64,000 nt of DNA from an uncultured virus (IMG/VR IMGVR_UViG_3300035182_002585) (taxonomy: Duplodnaviria > Heunggongvirae > Uroviricota > Caudoviricetes): the IMG/VR virus record IMGVR_UViG_3300035182_002585; one strand, 5' to 3'. The notes beneath the pieces were generated by a model that made no database searches, was not told the DNA's origin, and was given only the letters and a program-made list of their open reading frames with translations. The translations under genes and the position numbers were made by a program. Of the stretch, positions 37,386 through 46,994 are shown in pieces (the stretch's first letter is position 1; the number at the start of each line of letters is the position of its first letter).

Positions 37386-38099
37386 ATGAACGCCCGTACG
37401 GTCAAGAAACTCCTCCTCCGAGGACGCAACACGAGCTTCTGGGGGCGAAGGGCCTACCTTCACCTGCGCGTCCCCAAGGCGGTGCTGACGGTCCCGCGTC
37501 CGCCGATGCCCTCGTTTGGGAAGCAGGGCTCGTTCGAGGGGTACTGGACGGAGGACCGTGGCGAGGGGGTGACCAGACACTTCCGCATCAGCCACATCTC
37601 CAGCAATCGCGACCCCCTCAAAGACGACGACATCGATCATACCCCTCGTTGCCCGACCCTCGAATACGAGGGGAAGACCAGCAAGGGTGAGCCCTACCAG
37701 TCGTGGTCGTGGTGGGAGGCTCTCTGGTCTGACGTCCGTGAACCGGCTCCGGGCTCGGACGAGAAGCCGGAGGTTCTGGCACAGGGAGAGATCGACGACG
37801 AGCGCTTCACGGCGTACGTCACGCACTACCAGTGGGTGAAAAAGTACGTGGTCGGCAGCGAGGGCGAGACGGGCAACGAGATCCTCGACCGCGTGCACGG
37901 CGCGGCCCGGTGGGCGAAAACGACCTACCACCAGTTCGACGCGAACGGGGACCTGATCGTCATCTACTCCGTCAAGTACTTCTACCCCTACCGCGTGCTT
38001 CGGTTCTCCTCGGACCTCGCGAGCACGGTCAACTACGCGGCGAAGCACGGGGTCACCCTTCGGGTGCTGAAGGGTTCGCCCCCCGGGGAAGCCGATTGA
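37386..38099 (+). CDS. Hypothetical protein
   Basis: 237 aa, high GC3. Confidence 0.7.
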   Translation: MNARTVKKLLLRGRNTSFWGRRAYLHLRVPKAVLTVPRPPMPSFGKQGSFEGYWTEDRGEGVTRHFRISHISSNRDPLKDDDIDHTPRCPTLEYEGKTSKGEPYQSWSWWEALWSDVREPAPGSDEKPEVLAQGEIDDERFTAYVTHYQWVKKYVVGSEGETGNEILDRVHGAARWAKTTYHQFDANGDLIVIYSVKYFYPYRVLRFSSDLASTVNYAAKHGVTLRVLKGSPPGEAD

Positions 38100-38506
38100 C
38101 CTCCCACCGATGGCAGACGAAGATCTCCAGCCAGGAGGAGGTTTTCGTCTGCATCGAGTGTGGGTGCAGTGGCGGGCCCTCAGCGGCAGTCACCACGAAA
38201 GAGCCTCGGCCCTACATGGTGACTGTGGACATCCCGGTGGCAGACGACTGCCTCGTCGCGCAGCAACAGACCAAGTACTACGTGCTCGGCCGGCTCTCCC
38301 ACTTCCAGCTCGACGCGATCAACAGCAAGAACGAGGTCAGACGGACAACGGCGTGGCTCCTGGAGCGAGCGATCGAGCTGTCCCCCAAGGCCACGAACTT
38401 CGCGCCCCTCCTCAGGGTCCTACACGACGCTGAGGGTCTCTCACCTTCCGACCTGCGCCAGCGACTTGTCGTCGCGGGCTTCCACGTACCCCCGGCGAGC
38501 CAATGA
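38096..38506 (+). CDS. Hypothetical protein
   Basis: TTGA overlap start. Confidence 0.55.
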   Translation: MTSHRWQTKISSQEEVFVCIECGCSGGPSAAVTTKEPRPYMVTVDIPVADDCLVAQQQTKYYVLGRLSHFQLDAINSKNEVRRTTAWLLERAIELSPKATNFAPLLRVLHDAEGLSPSDLRQRLVVAGFHVPPASQ

Positions 38507-38820
38507 CCGAAGACCTCGACGCTTGGAGCCGCCTGCTTCGTGATGACCCCCTCACCCCTCCGGTGTTCACGGACGAGAGGTTCAGCCGTTGCCCCGTGTG
38601 CAACAGCATCGTAGAGGAGGTCCGCTGCACCAACCCCAACGACTGCGGGGGGTGTGAGACGTGCGACCAGTACTTCGGGGGCCGCTTCATGTGCAGCAAC
38701 ACCGCGTGTGAACAGCGCAAGCACGCCAACACCCTGATCGACGCGGAGATCGAGGCGTACTTCGGCGGCCCGACAACGCCCGGGCCCTGCCTGTTCGACG
38801 ACTTCCTCGACAAGGGGTGA
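38503..38820 (+). CDS. Cys-rich hypothetical protein
   Basis: ATGA overlap; several CxxC motifs. Confidence 0.6.
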   Translation: MTEDLDAWSRLLRDDPLTPPVFTDERFSRCPVCNSIVEEVRCTNPNDCGGCETCDQYFGGRFMCSNTACEQRKHANTLIDAEIEAYFGGPTTPGPCLFDDFLDKG

Positions 38821-38979
38821 CTACTCCCCCAACTTCGTCCTCACACCCTGGGCAACCGCCAAGATCTCTCTCCAGGTAGCATCTGTCTTGATTGTGTTTG
38901 CTCGGAAAGAGATCACCCACACGTTACCTCAAACGTACCCCTTCTCCGGCACGAGACGGTCAAGCGTGGGGCTACCCGC

Positions 38980-39200
38980 ATGGAACCGGCCCTCTCCGAT
39001 GTAGATAGGGACTGTACTCGCTGCTCAACCCGCTCGGCTACTCGGAGATCGAGGAAGGGACCTTCGACGCCCCCAACAACTGGCAGACGAACGGGCAGAC
39101 CATTCAGGCGCAAATGCTCGGCCTCGGCTTCGTGCAAGACGAGGCATTCACGCGCTTTATGGGGTCTCTCACGCGCTTCGAGGAGGCGCGGGGGCGTTGA
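38980..39200 (+). pseudogene. Decayed gene remnant
   Basis: Protein-like tail LYSLLNPLGYSEIEEG...GFVQDEAFTRF has no in-frame start; frameshift near 39012. Confidence 0.4.
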
Positions 39201-39594
39201 CCTTCTTGCGCTCGGACTTCTTCGTCCACGCGTTCCGGCGGCGGTCGGTCCGGCGTAGCCCGAGCTGCGTTCGCATCGCCTCGAAGTGGAGGGCCGCGTC
39301 CGGCGCTTCTTCGCTCCGGATGTGCGTCCAGAACAGGCCGCGCTCTGCCGGGCCGTAGGCGACCCGTAGGACCTCGTGGAGCGCGCCGGGCCCCTTGGTC
39401 TTGGTTGCCTGCCGCACCAGCCTCTTGACCACGCGCTTGAGGGCTCCGATGCTCTCGACGGCGCGGGGGAGGGTCGGGACGTACGCGGCGACCCGCATCT
39501 TCTGCCCGTCCCAATGGGCCATCAGGACCGTGACGTGATCGTCCGTGATCGTCGACAGGACGACGTGCAGAAACCGGTACTCGATGTGGGCCAC
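39169..39594 (-). CDS. Hypothetical protein
   Basis: GGTGTA 10 nt upstream. Confidence 0.6.
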   Translation of the reverse strand: MAHIEYRFLHVVLSTITDDHVTVLMAHWDGQKMRVAAYVPTLPRAVESIGALKRVVKRLVRQATKTKGPGALHEVLRVAYGPAERGLFWTHIRSEEAPDAALHFEAMRTQLGLRRTDRRRNAWTKKSERKKVNAPAPPRSA

Positions 39595-39829
39595 CCCAAG
39601 GATCTACACCGAAGCCGATGCGCGCCACGAACTGGCCGTGAAGGTCGTCAACGAGAACTTGCCCTCCGACCTGGAAGAGGGGCGGGGTCCGTTCAAGGCG
39701 CACCAGCTCTCCGTCGAGTACTCCCACACGTGCCACAACAGCCCGTTGGGGCACTGCGTCTACGACGACGAAGAAGACCCCTGTAACGACAATTGCCTCT
39801 ACTGTCATGAGCCTGAGGAGCGCAAGTGA
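39584..39829 (+). CDS. Small Zn-binding protein
   Basis: C..SPLGHCVY......CLYCHEPEERK. Confidence 0.6.
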   Translation: MWATPRIYTEADARHELAVKVVNENLPSDLEEGRGPFKAHQLSVEYSHTCHNSPLGHCVYDDEEDPCNDNCLYCHEPEERK

Positions 39830-40047
39830 CCGAGCCGAAGAGCCCAACGAAAGAGGCGCAACGCAACGCGTTGATGGCTCTTCATCTGGCGGAACGTCAG
39901 TTTCTTCTCGCTTGCGGTTGGACGACCGTTTTTCGACGCCTGCCCAATGGCGCGGCCGTTCTTCACTGGCTGGACCCCCATAACCGAGACGAGATGGATC
40001 GGCGGGCGGCTGTGGCGCGGCAGAAGACGCGGGTGGGGTGCCCCTGA
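39826..40047 (+). CDS. Hypothetical protein
   Basis: GTGA overlap. Confidence 0.5.
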   Translation: MTEPKSPTKEAQRNALMALHLAERQFLLACGWTTVFRRLPNGAAVLHWLDPHNRDEMDRRAAVARQKTRVGCP

Positions 40048-40099
40048 AATCGACCGGGGGTCCGATGGATCAACCTTGGGGTCGCGAGGTAGAAGGGAC

Positions 40100-40615
40100 A
40101 TGGCGACCTACTCCCCCTCAAACCACTCGGACCGCAACTCTCACTTCGTCGCGCAGCACATCGGCATGACCGTCAAGGTCATCACCCGCGAAGAGCGCGT
40201 GATGTCCGACGTGTACGCCGACGTGACCTACGCCGTCTGCTACATCCCCTCGAAGGACGCCTTCGAGTCGGTCTACGTTCGCGCGCACTTCGAGTGCGAC
40301 CAGTCGGGCAGCTACGCCGACGTGGACGCGACCGAAGAGGTCGAGGCCCGCTACGCCGCCTACCTCGCCGAGATCGAGGCCGCTCGCGTGGCGGACGAGA
40401 AGGCGCGCTTCGAGGCGCTGCGTATGGCCGAGGCGAAGCGCCCGGCAAAGGGTCGCACCCTCCGCGTCGTCCGTGGCCGCAAGGTCCCCGTGGGGACCAC
40501 CGGCGTGTGCTTCTTCGTGGGCCAGGGCCGCTACACCGGCCGCGTCGGCATGAACGTGCAGGGTCGCCCCGAGCCCGTGTGGGTCGACGAGCGCAACGTC
40601 GAAGCCGTCGTGTGA
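40100..40615 (+). CDS. Conserved phage protein with an SH3-like C-terminus
   Basis: Class A motif at 40064-40091; VVRGRKVPVGTTG. Confidence 0.75.
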   Translation: MATYSPSNHSDRNSHFVAQHIGMTVKVITREERVMSDVYADVTYAVCYIPSKDAFESVYVRAHFECDQSGSYADVDATEEVEARYAAYLAEIEAARVADEKARFEALRMAEAKRPAKGRTLRVVRGRKVPVGTTGVCFFVGQGRYTGRVGMNVQGRPEPVWVDERNVEAVV

Positions 40616-40681
40616 GGCCCTCGCAACAAATCAACGGGGGATACGATGGATCCCCCCTAGGCTCACGAGGTAGTACCGGAC

Positions 40682-41380
40682 ATGACCACCACCGAGACCA
40701 CGACGAAGATCGGCAAGGGCACGAAGTTCCACGCGACCTACCAGGACGGCAACCCCGAGTGGTCGGTCACGAAGTCGCGCGGCCGTGGCGTCTTCGAGGC
40801 GCGCATCGTGGACGAGCGCTGCTTCGGCGCCGTCACGAAGGTCTTCACGACCGAGGAGATCAACCGCTCCATCGCGATGTCGCAGTACTTCTCGAATACG
40901 CTGAGCGAGAGCGACCGCTTCTACGCTTCGCTGACGCTCGGCCAGGTCGTCCACTACCACAACAGCTTCGGCAAGTTCATTCGCTGCGTCGTCGTCGACG
41001 CCTGCCTCCCGGACACGGGCTTCAACAAAGTGCGCTGCCTCATGCCGATCGCGCTCGTCGGCCCGTGGCACAAGAGCGACCTGCCCAAGCGACGCCCGAA
41101 CGGCGAGGTCTACTACGGCTACAACGTGGACAAGATCCGCAATCAGGAGCCGTGGAAGCCCAACTACCAGCACATCTACGAGTCCGGAGCCGGCTCGACG
41201 GCCACCAGCTACGGTGACCCCTCGAAGCTGCCGGAGGTCGACCTGACCCTCCCCGAGCTGACCGCCGAAGAGCAGGCGACCGCCGCCCTGTGGGCGAAGG
41301 TCGATGCCATCCGGACCACGATCTCCAGCGGGAACGACCCCGCTGCCATTCTCGAAGCCGTTCGCGCCGCCCTCGGGTAA
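40682..41380 (+). CDS. Conserved hypothetical phage protein
   Basis: Class A motif at 40645-40672; VHYHNSFGKFIRC; very high GC3. Confidence 0.75.
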   Translation: MTTTETTTKIGKGTKFHATYQDGNPEWSVTKSRGRGVFEARIVDERCFGAVTKVFTTEEINRSIAMSQYFSNTLSESDRFYASLTLGQVVHYHNSFGKFIRCVVVDACLPDTGFNKVRCLMPIALVGPWHKSDLPKRRPNGEVYYGYNVDKIRNQEPWKPNYQHIYESGAGSTATSYGDPSKLPEVDLTLPELTAEEQATAALWAKVDAIRTTISSGNDPAAILEAVRAALG

Positions 41381-41403
41381 CATCCTCCACAGGAGACAAC
41401 TAC

Positions 41404-41592
41404 ATGGCCTCTTCGACCCCGCCCCCGACGCAAGCCCAACACCTTCACATGGCCACCAGAAGCATCGCGGAGCGCGATCTCGTGTTCCTCCACATGATGC
41501 GCACCAACCCGATCACCCACCTGGAGTTCCAGAAGCTCCTCGCCAAGCGGCCCGAGGTGTGGGACCGCTACCGAGCCTTCTTCGGGAGCTAG
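41404..41592 (+). CDS. Hypothetical protein
   Basis: AGGAG RBS. Confidence 0.6.
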   Translation: MASSTPPPTQAQHLHMATRSIAERDLVFLHMMRTNPITHLEFQKLLAKRPEVWDRYRAFFGS

Positions 41593-41596
41593 GCGC

Positions 41597-41818
41597 GTGG
41601 CTCAAACAAAGCGCGAGAAGACGCACCTGACGAAGGTGGTCCTCGTCCTGTCCGACCCCGAGCGGCGCGCACTCCACCTCGCAGTGGAGGCGACCGCCAC
41701 GGGTGACGACGATGCTCTCTCGAAGGTCTTCGGCGCGCACCATCACCGGGTCAAGGCGGCCCGACGGATGCGCGAGAAGATCCTTGAGGCACTCGGAAAG
41801 GTCGAAGACGGGGGCTAG
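41597..41818 (+). CDS. Hypothetical protein
   Basis: Follows in the operon. Confidence 0.55.
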   Translation: MAQTKREKTHLTKVVLVLSDPERRALHLAVEATATGDDDALSKVFGAHHHRVKAARRMREKILEALGKVEDGG

Positions 41819-42150
41819 CGACGGCTGCTGACGTCGCGGCCCGCCGTGATGGGCCCGCGCGTTGCACCGCAGGACACGTCCCGCCCGGCCGTGAGTGAGC
41901 CGTTGACGTTGCCACAGGATGCGTCGCGGCCCGCATTGACGTTCCCGTGGACGTCCCCGCACGTCACGTTCCCGTGGACTTCGAGATTGGCCAGGGGACC
42001 ATCCCACTTGATCGTGACCGGTTCCTTCGCCCCGGACACGTCGTCGACGGTCTTGCCGTTGACGATGACCTTGCCGTTGATGACGGAGATGGAGGAACCG
42101 TTGCCCTCGACGTGAACCGTGCGCCCGTTGATCGTGATGGAGCTGCTCTT
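41815..42150 (-). pseudogene. Beta-helix repeat protein whose start codon reads AAG
   Basis: GGTGTA at 42162-42167 predicts a start at 42150; (K)SSSITING...CGDV.G.V.AG repeats. Confidence 0.55.
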
Positions 42151-42236
42151 GCTCCGCCCACTACACCGGAGGCGGAGGCTCCTCACCAAGCTCGCACGCG
42201 TCGATGTCGTCGCTCATGCTGCCCGCGTACACCACG

Positions 42237-42611
42237 TCAGTGCTTGTGGTGCGGGCAGTCCTTCGACGTGGGCCTTCCGGCTGCCCACCAGGTTCTCTTG
42301 CACCCACTGCACTCGCAAGAGCAACAGAAGGGGTCGGGGCAGACCCCAATCGTGCTCCCGTGGTCCCCGATGCCGTGGATGTCCCGCAGCCCCGAGACGG
42401 CCGGCGCGGGCCCCTTCGCTTCCTCGTGCTCGGCCTCCAAGTGGTGGAGCATGACCACCAAACGGTCGCAGGCGCGGGCGCGTCGGATGCTCTGCGGCAG
42501 GTTAGGGTCCGTGAGAGGGGACGCTCTGACCTCGTGCAGCAGGGCGAGCAGCCCCTTCCGCTCGTCGATGGTCATGGACTGGAACCACGTGCTAGTGTGG
42601 GTGGTAGGCAT
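42237..42611 (-). CDS. Cys-rich hypothetical protein
   Basis: ORF. Confidence 0.5.
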   Translation of the reverse strand: MPTTHTSTWFQSMTIDERKGLLALLHEVRASPLTDPNLPQSIRRARACDRLVVMLHHLEAEHEEAKGPAPAVSGLRDIHGIGDHGSTIGVCPDPFCCSCECSGCKRTWWAAGRPTSKDCPHHKH

Positions 42612-42869
42612 ACCCTTACCTACATCGTATCCACGGACGAGTCAAGGGCCGGTCGTAGAAGCTCTGTCTACTTGGACCCCTCGTAGAACTGCCGCCACAG
42701 CTCCATCTGCTTGCGCATGGCGTCGGAGAGCTTGAGGACGGAGAGCGGGTACTCGGTGTGAAGGTCGATCATCCCGGCCAGCGTAACCACGGTACGGGCG
42801 TCCTGCGCGACATCGAAACCCCTGGCCATCGGTGCCTCATCGGTGCCGACCAAGGACTACGGGGTCAAA

Positions 42870-43151
42870 TCACACTTCGTCGGGCCACAGCCAGCAGTAC
42901 CCTTGAGGAACGCCCTGCACGCTGCCGTGCGAGACGCTCGTTGCGCGTTCCTTCTGGCGTCCGTAGGGGTCGACCTTCGCAGGGTCCGTCGACAGGAAGA
43001 GCAGGTTGATGCACGGCCAGTTGCCGTACAGCACCTTGTGCTCGTCTGCCGTCTTTTCCCCCGAGTGAATGACCTCCACGAGCGCGTTCACCCGCTCACG
43101 CGAGGGCGTGATGTAGATGACGTGTGCCCCGATTTCGAGCTTCTTCTCCAT
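42870..43151 (-). CDS. Small beta-rich phage protein
   Basis: G..VIY...ALV..I...INL...TSV.H...W.WP pattern; structured leader upstream. Confidence 0.7.
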   Translation of the reverse strand: MEKKLEIGAHVIYITPSRERVNALVEVIHSGEKTADEHKVLYGNWPCINLLFLSTDPAKVDPYGRQKERATSVSHGSVQGVPQGYCWLWPDEV

Positions 43152-43228
43152 GATGTCTTGCCCTTCTGCGGCTTCGTTGCCGCGCAGGGCGCCCTACCGT
43201 TCACCCTTGAACTCTAGCACAAGAACTT

Positions 43229-43774
43229 TCACTTCGAGGGCGGCTTTGCGGGAAGGGTCCCCCGAAGCACACCCCGCCGGTGCAAGAGAACGGCCCCTAC
43301 GGGCCCCTTGCCTCCGTTGTATGGGAAGATGACGCGTCCGACGTACTCGGCCTCCCCCACGGCAGTCACCGTGCGCGGCGGCATCGCCGCATGGATGTGG
43401 ACAGGGAGCTGCCCTGAGAAGCGTCGGACCTCCGCAGCCAGCTCCTCGTCGTGTACGACAAGGGCGCCGAGCCCGGTGTTCGCGACGATCCCCTCCAGGC
43501 GCACCTTGAGGGCCACGAGAGACTCGCTGACGGTGGAGTAGCTCACGTCGTGGTCACGGCACGCGGCGTTCAGTAGGAGCGCCACCACGTTGTCGATCGT
43601 CTCGGGGTCGGAAGGGATGACCATCGGGACCCGGACCCGCTCGTGCCCGATCAGCTCCGTGACCCGTCCCTCCGCGCTGAACACGGCGGCCCACCCCTTG
43701 TCGACGTCATAGACCGCTGAGTCCCCCGGATCCCGGTCCTTGAAGAGCACCTCGTGCAGCCTACGGCCCGCCAT
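43229..43774 (-). CDS. Miniature major-capsid-like paralogue
   Basis: VYDVD...AEG...RVRVP...SDPE and MPPRTV...EAEYVGR...RGV; GGTGTA 12 nt upstream. Confidence 0.5.
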   Translation of the reverse strand: MAGRRLHEVLFKDRDPGDSAVYDVDKGWAAVFSAEGRVTELIGHERVRVPMVIPSDPETIDNVVALLLNAACRDHDVSYSTVSESLVALKVRLEGIVANTGLGALVVHDEELAAEVRRFSGQLPVHIHAAMPPRTVTAVGEAEYVGRVIFPYNGGKGPVGAVLLHRRGVLRGTLPAKPPSK

Positions 43775-43826
43775 GAACCATGGGTGTACACCGACTGAGA
43801 GTCCTCTTTTCAGACCACTACCCCCG

Positions 43827-45104
43827 ATGGACCCGTCTGCGCTCCGCGTTGCAGCTCGCTACCAGGTGCTCGCCGAAGCGCTGGTCGTGGACTTCCACAC
43901 GAAGTTGCGGCTCTTGGAGAAGGTCGTCCAGTACACCACCGAGCTGGAGCCTCTACTGCCTCACATGCGAGAGGCACAGAAGGTCTGCGAGGAAGCTGGC
44001 CCGAACCTCCCCATCGACATCGCGAAGGGCCGTGTCACGGACCCTCGGGTTATCGTGGCGTACGAGCTGTTCTCTAAGAACATCCACAAGTTCGCCTACA
44101 GGCCGAATCTCAGCATCGAGTCGCTGCACACGATCGACGCAAAGACGTACTTCCTCGCGATCCTCCAGGAGTACGAGCTTCCCCCTGCCACGCGAAAGGC
44201 CATCGAAGCTGCGGCCCGCCTGGCGAGCAAGACTCGCGCTGTGCGCCCACCGAACAACGAAGCGCTCGACGTCTACGAGAAGCTGGTGGGGACCTACCGC
44301 GCCATGGAGGCCGCCGTCAAGGACGCACTCGCCCACGGCAAGAAGCGCAGCGAGCATGCGACCGAGGGTGGTCCAGGTCTCGGCAAGATGAAGGCGGGCC
44401 CTTTCACCCTGGTGAACACTGGGGGCTTCCCCGAGAAGACCATGGAGGAGGCGGCCAAGGTCGTAGAGACGGCCGCTCACCTTCTCTCCAGCCACGGTCT
44501 TGGCCGCGTCTGCTACGGCGAGATCCTGATCTCGCGTACCGTCTCGAAGGCCAGCACGCTGGCCTTCTACCTCGTGGGCAAGGACGAAATGTTCGTGCGC
44601 GCCAACCTCAAGGGCCACGAGCACGACGCAGTGCACACGATCTGCCACGAGCTTGGCCACCGTCTCGCGGTGATGTTCCTCGCGGACAAGAAGCGGCAGA
44701 TCAACGAGATCTACTGGGCCCTTGGACACAAGGAGCAAGCTGCGGAGAGGGAGCGCACGCACCAGCTCCTCACGGACCCTGCGTTGAAGGCGAAGCCTGG
44801 CGATACGATCGAAGTCGACGGCAAGGAGTACGAGTACCTCACCCTCGACGTGTCCCCCCGCGGTGGGGTCAAGGTGCAACTCGCCTTGAAAGGTGACCCT
44901 TCGAGGCGTTCCGTGGGCCGTATCAGCCTCGAAGGATTCGCAGAAAAGAGGGGCTTGCTCCCGAAGACCTTGGAACACGGATCGAACTTCGTGACCCCCT
45001 ACGCAAAGACCAGCGCCGACGAGAACTTCGCGGAAATGATCGCCTATCTGTGCCTCGGAAAGCTCCCTGCCGAGCAGGTGGCGATGCTCCAGACGGTTCT
45101 CTAG
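43827..45104 (+). CDS. Zincin-like metallopeptidase with N-terminal ALRVAARY signal
   Basis: CHELGH; VTPYAKTSADENFAE; class C motif. Confidence 0.75.
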   Translation: MDPSALRVAARYQVLAEALVVDFHTKLRLLEKVVQYTTELEPLLPHMREAQKVCEEAGPNLPIDIAKGRVTDPRVIVAYELFSKNIHKFAYRPNLSIESLHTIDAKTYFLAILQEYELPPATRKAIEAAARLASKTRAVRPPNNEALDVYEKLVGTYRAMEAAVKDALAHGKKRSEHATEGGPGLGKMKAGPFTLVNTGGFPEKTMEEAAKVVETAAHLLSSHGLGRVCYGEILISRTVSKASTLAFYLVGKDEMFVRANLKGHEHDAVHTICHELGHRLAVMFLADKKRQINEIYWALGHKEQAAERERTHQLLTDPALKAKPGDTIEVDGKEYEYLTLDVSPRGGVKVQLALKGDPSRRSVGRISLEGFAEKRGLLPKTLEHGSNFVTPYAKTSADENFAEMIAYLCLGKLPAEQVAMLQTVL

Positions 45105-45153
45105 CGGCTGTTTTCCTAGACACGGGCAACGAGGGATCTATCTTGAGCGCACC

Positions 45154-45894
45154 ATGCTCGTCAGCGCCCTGGGTCTGTCCATCATCCTGAACCTCGTCCT
45201 CGCGTTCTTCCTCGCCCTGAGTGCCGCTGGACGCTCGGCGCCCACCCGGCTTTCAGCGAAGGCCATCGTGGACAGGATGCGGGCGAAGGACGAGGAGAGG
45301 AAGGACCGGGAGTTCTTCGCGGCCTATGGACGCCCCCGGGGCGTGCCCGACCGTCTCCCTCGGACCACGAAGCGCATCGTCGCTGACCCCGCCCGCGAGT
45401 GCCCCGTCGTCAAGGTCGAGATGGCGACATCCCACTACGGGTACTGGCAGGCAGGGGACAAGAGTGACGAACCGTTCCTCGCGTTCCACTACCCCAAGGG
45501 AGGCAAGCACGGCGACCTCGTGATCCCGGTCGATGCATACGTCGTGGACCTCGGCCTGAAGACCCCGCTGCGGGTCTACCCGGGGGAGTCTTTCCGAAAG
45601 CAGTGCACGCCCGCGCTCGGTGGCGTTCGCGTCATGGGCACCAACAGTACCCGCCCGACGCACCCCGTCACGCCCCCCTTGGAACTGACCCCGCTAGAAG
45701 GACCGGAACTCTCCGAGAACCAGCTCGACGCCCTGGCCGAAAAGTACCAGCTCGGAGGGTTCCCGAGCGAGGAGCCGGCGGAGAAGGACATGAAGGCCCT
45801 CCTACAAGCGGCGTTCATCTCCATGCAGAGTCCTCCCTGCGCTGGCGAGCCCGTCCCGCAGATCGGCTTCCCCGAGAGCCCCGTGGCCAGCTAG
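45154..45894 (+). CDS. Membrane-anchored hypothetical protein
   Basis: N-terminal TM; sigma70-like TAGACA-N16-TATCTT at 45117-45144. Confidence 0.65.
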   Translation: MLVSALGLSIILNLVLAFFLALSAAGRSAPTRLSAKAIVDRMRAKDEERKDREFFAAYGRPRGVPDRLPRTTKRIVADPARECPVVKVEMATSHYGYWQAGDKSDEPFLAFHYPKGGKHGDLVIPVDAYVVDLGLKTPLRVYPGESFRKQCTPALGGVRVMGTNSTRPTHPVTPPLELTPLEGPELSENQLDALAEKYQLGGFPSEEPAEKDMKALLQAAFISMQSPPCAGEPVPQIGFPESPVAS

Positions 45895-46088
45895 GGCAAC
45901 TGGTAGCGGCTCCCGGGCTGCCCTGCTTCGTTCGACCCCGTGCACGAGTTGTCGTGGTTCGTGCTCTTCGGGCAGCGCTTGTTGCCGCAGTCCGGACACA
46001 CGATCATGTACTGCAACACGGGGTTGTTGATGCCGAGGCCCGGATCGTTCTGACAGTCGTAGCAAGGGCAGTCGAGGACTCTGGCCAT
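45891..46088 (-). CDS. Small Cys-rich phage protein
   Basis: MIVCPDCGNKRCPK...CTGSNE.GQPGS.Y. Confidence 0.7.
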   Translation of the reverse strand: MARVLDCPCYDCQNDPGLGINNPVLQYMIVCPDCGNKRCPKSTNHDNSCTGSNEAGQPGSRYQLP

Positions 46089-46098
46089 CAGGGCTAGG

Positions 46099-46362
46099 CT
46101 AGTCCTCGCTGAACCGGAACGCGACGACTTCTGCGAGGGAGCCGAGCTTCAACACGCCCTTGGGCGGCGGCATCCCGAACGCTTTCCCCTCGGACTCGAT
46201 CGCCAAAGCCGGCGCCGTCTTCCCGTCCGGGAGGACTTCGAGGGTCCTCTTGCTGACGGTGACGACCCCCTCCGCCGTTCCTCGCGGGTAGAGCTTGAAC
46301 CGCACCTTGTCTCCAGGGTGCAGGTCTTGGCCCTTCCGGTCTTTGGCGGGGGCGTAGTTCAC
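46099..46362 (-). CDS. SH3/KOW-like protein with C-terminal LAEVVAFRF
   Basis: DRKGQDLHPGDKV; GTGA overlap. Confidence 0.6.
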   Translation of the reverse strand: MNYAPAKDRKGQDLHPGDKVRFKLYPRGTAEGVVTVSKRTLEVLPDGKTAPALAIESEGKAFGMPPPKGVLKLGSLAEVVAFRFSED

Positions 46363-46766
46363 TTGCGAGCTTCGACCTTGACGGGCGTGATGTACGAGTA
46401 CGGCTTCCCGTCGTGTCCGGTGGCGTGGCACTCCAGCTCTTTCGAGCCGTGCGGCTGCACCTTGGCGCCGTGACCGAGACGCTTTTCGAGGTGCTTCTCC
46501 AACACCTTCAGGGGGATGTCGCCCTTGCGGAGGTCGACGGACTCCGGGTCCCCATCGTGCTCGTTGCCACCCACGTAGAAGTACGCGACGGCGTTGCCTT
46601 CGAGGGCCTTCGAGGGGTCGAGCTGCTGACGCTTGGCGGCGACGCGATCTGCCAGCGCCCGAAGCTCCGAAGCCAAGACCTCGCGGCTCGGCTCTTTTCC
46701 CTGGCTGTACGCCAAGAGGCGGTGCAGTTCGGCTTGAAGGTCCCGGGGTGACGCGATCTTTCGCAT
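46359..46766 (-). CDS. Hypothetical protein with LADRVAAKR motif
   Basis: CTTATC 13 nt upstream. Confidence 0.65.
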   Translation of the reverse strand: MRKIASPRDLQAELHRLLAYSQGKEPSREVLASELRALADRVAAKRQQLDPSKALEGNAVAYFYVGGNEHDGDPESVDLRKGDIPLKVLEKHLEKRLGHGAKVQPHGSKELECHATGHDGKPYSYITPVKVEARK

Positions 46767-46994
46767 ACCTCGGGGGTTCGATAAGGAAACTAACGGCTCG
46801 TTTCTCCGACGAACCCCTTGAAGAACCGCCCATGACCCTAACCCGCAAGACCTACGGCCTCGTCTACCACCCGATACCCATCGGGCAAACAGCGGGCTAC
46901 GAGCCCCTGTTCTCGAAGACGTACAAGCGTCGTATCCTTGCCCCCAAGCTGGGGGACGGGTACGATTCCCACCTCGAAGCTGACCGAGAGAACC

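Noticed and set aside
42870..43151. Known anti-CBASS/Thoeris sponge (Acb2, Tad1, Tad2)
   Set aside because: Sequence does not match the motifs I recall for those families; left as a conserved hypothetical
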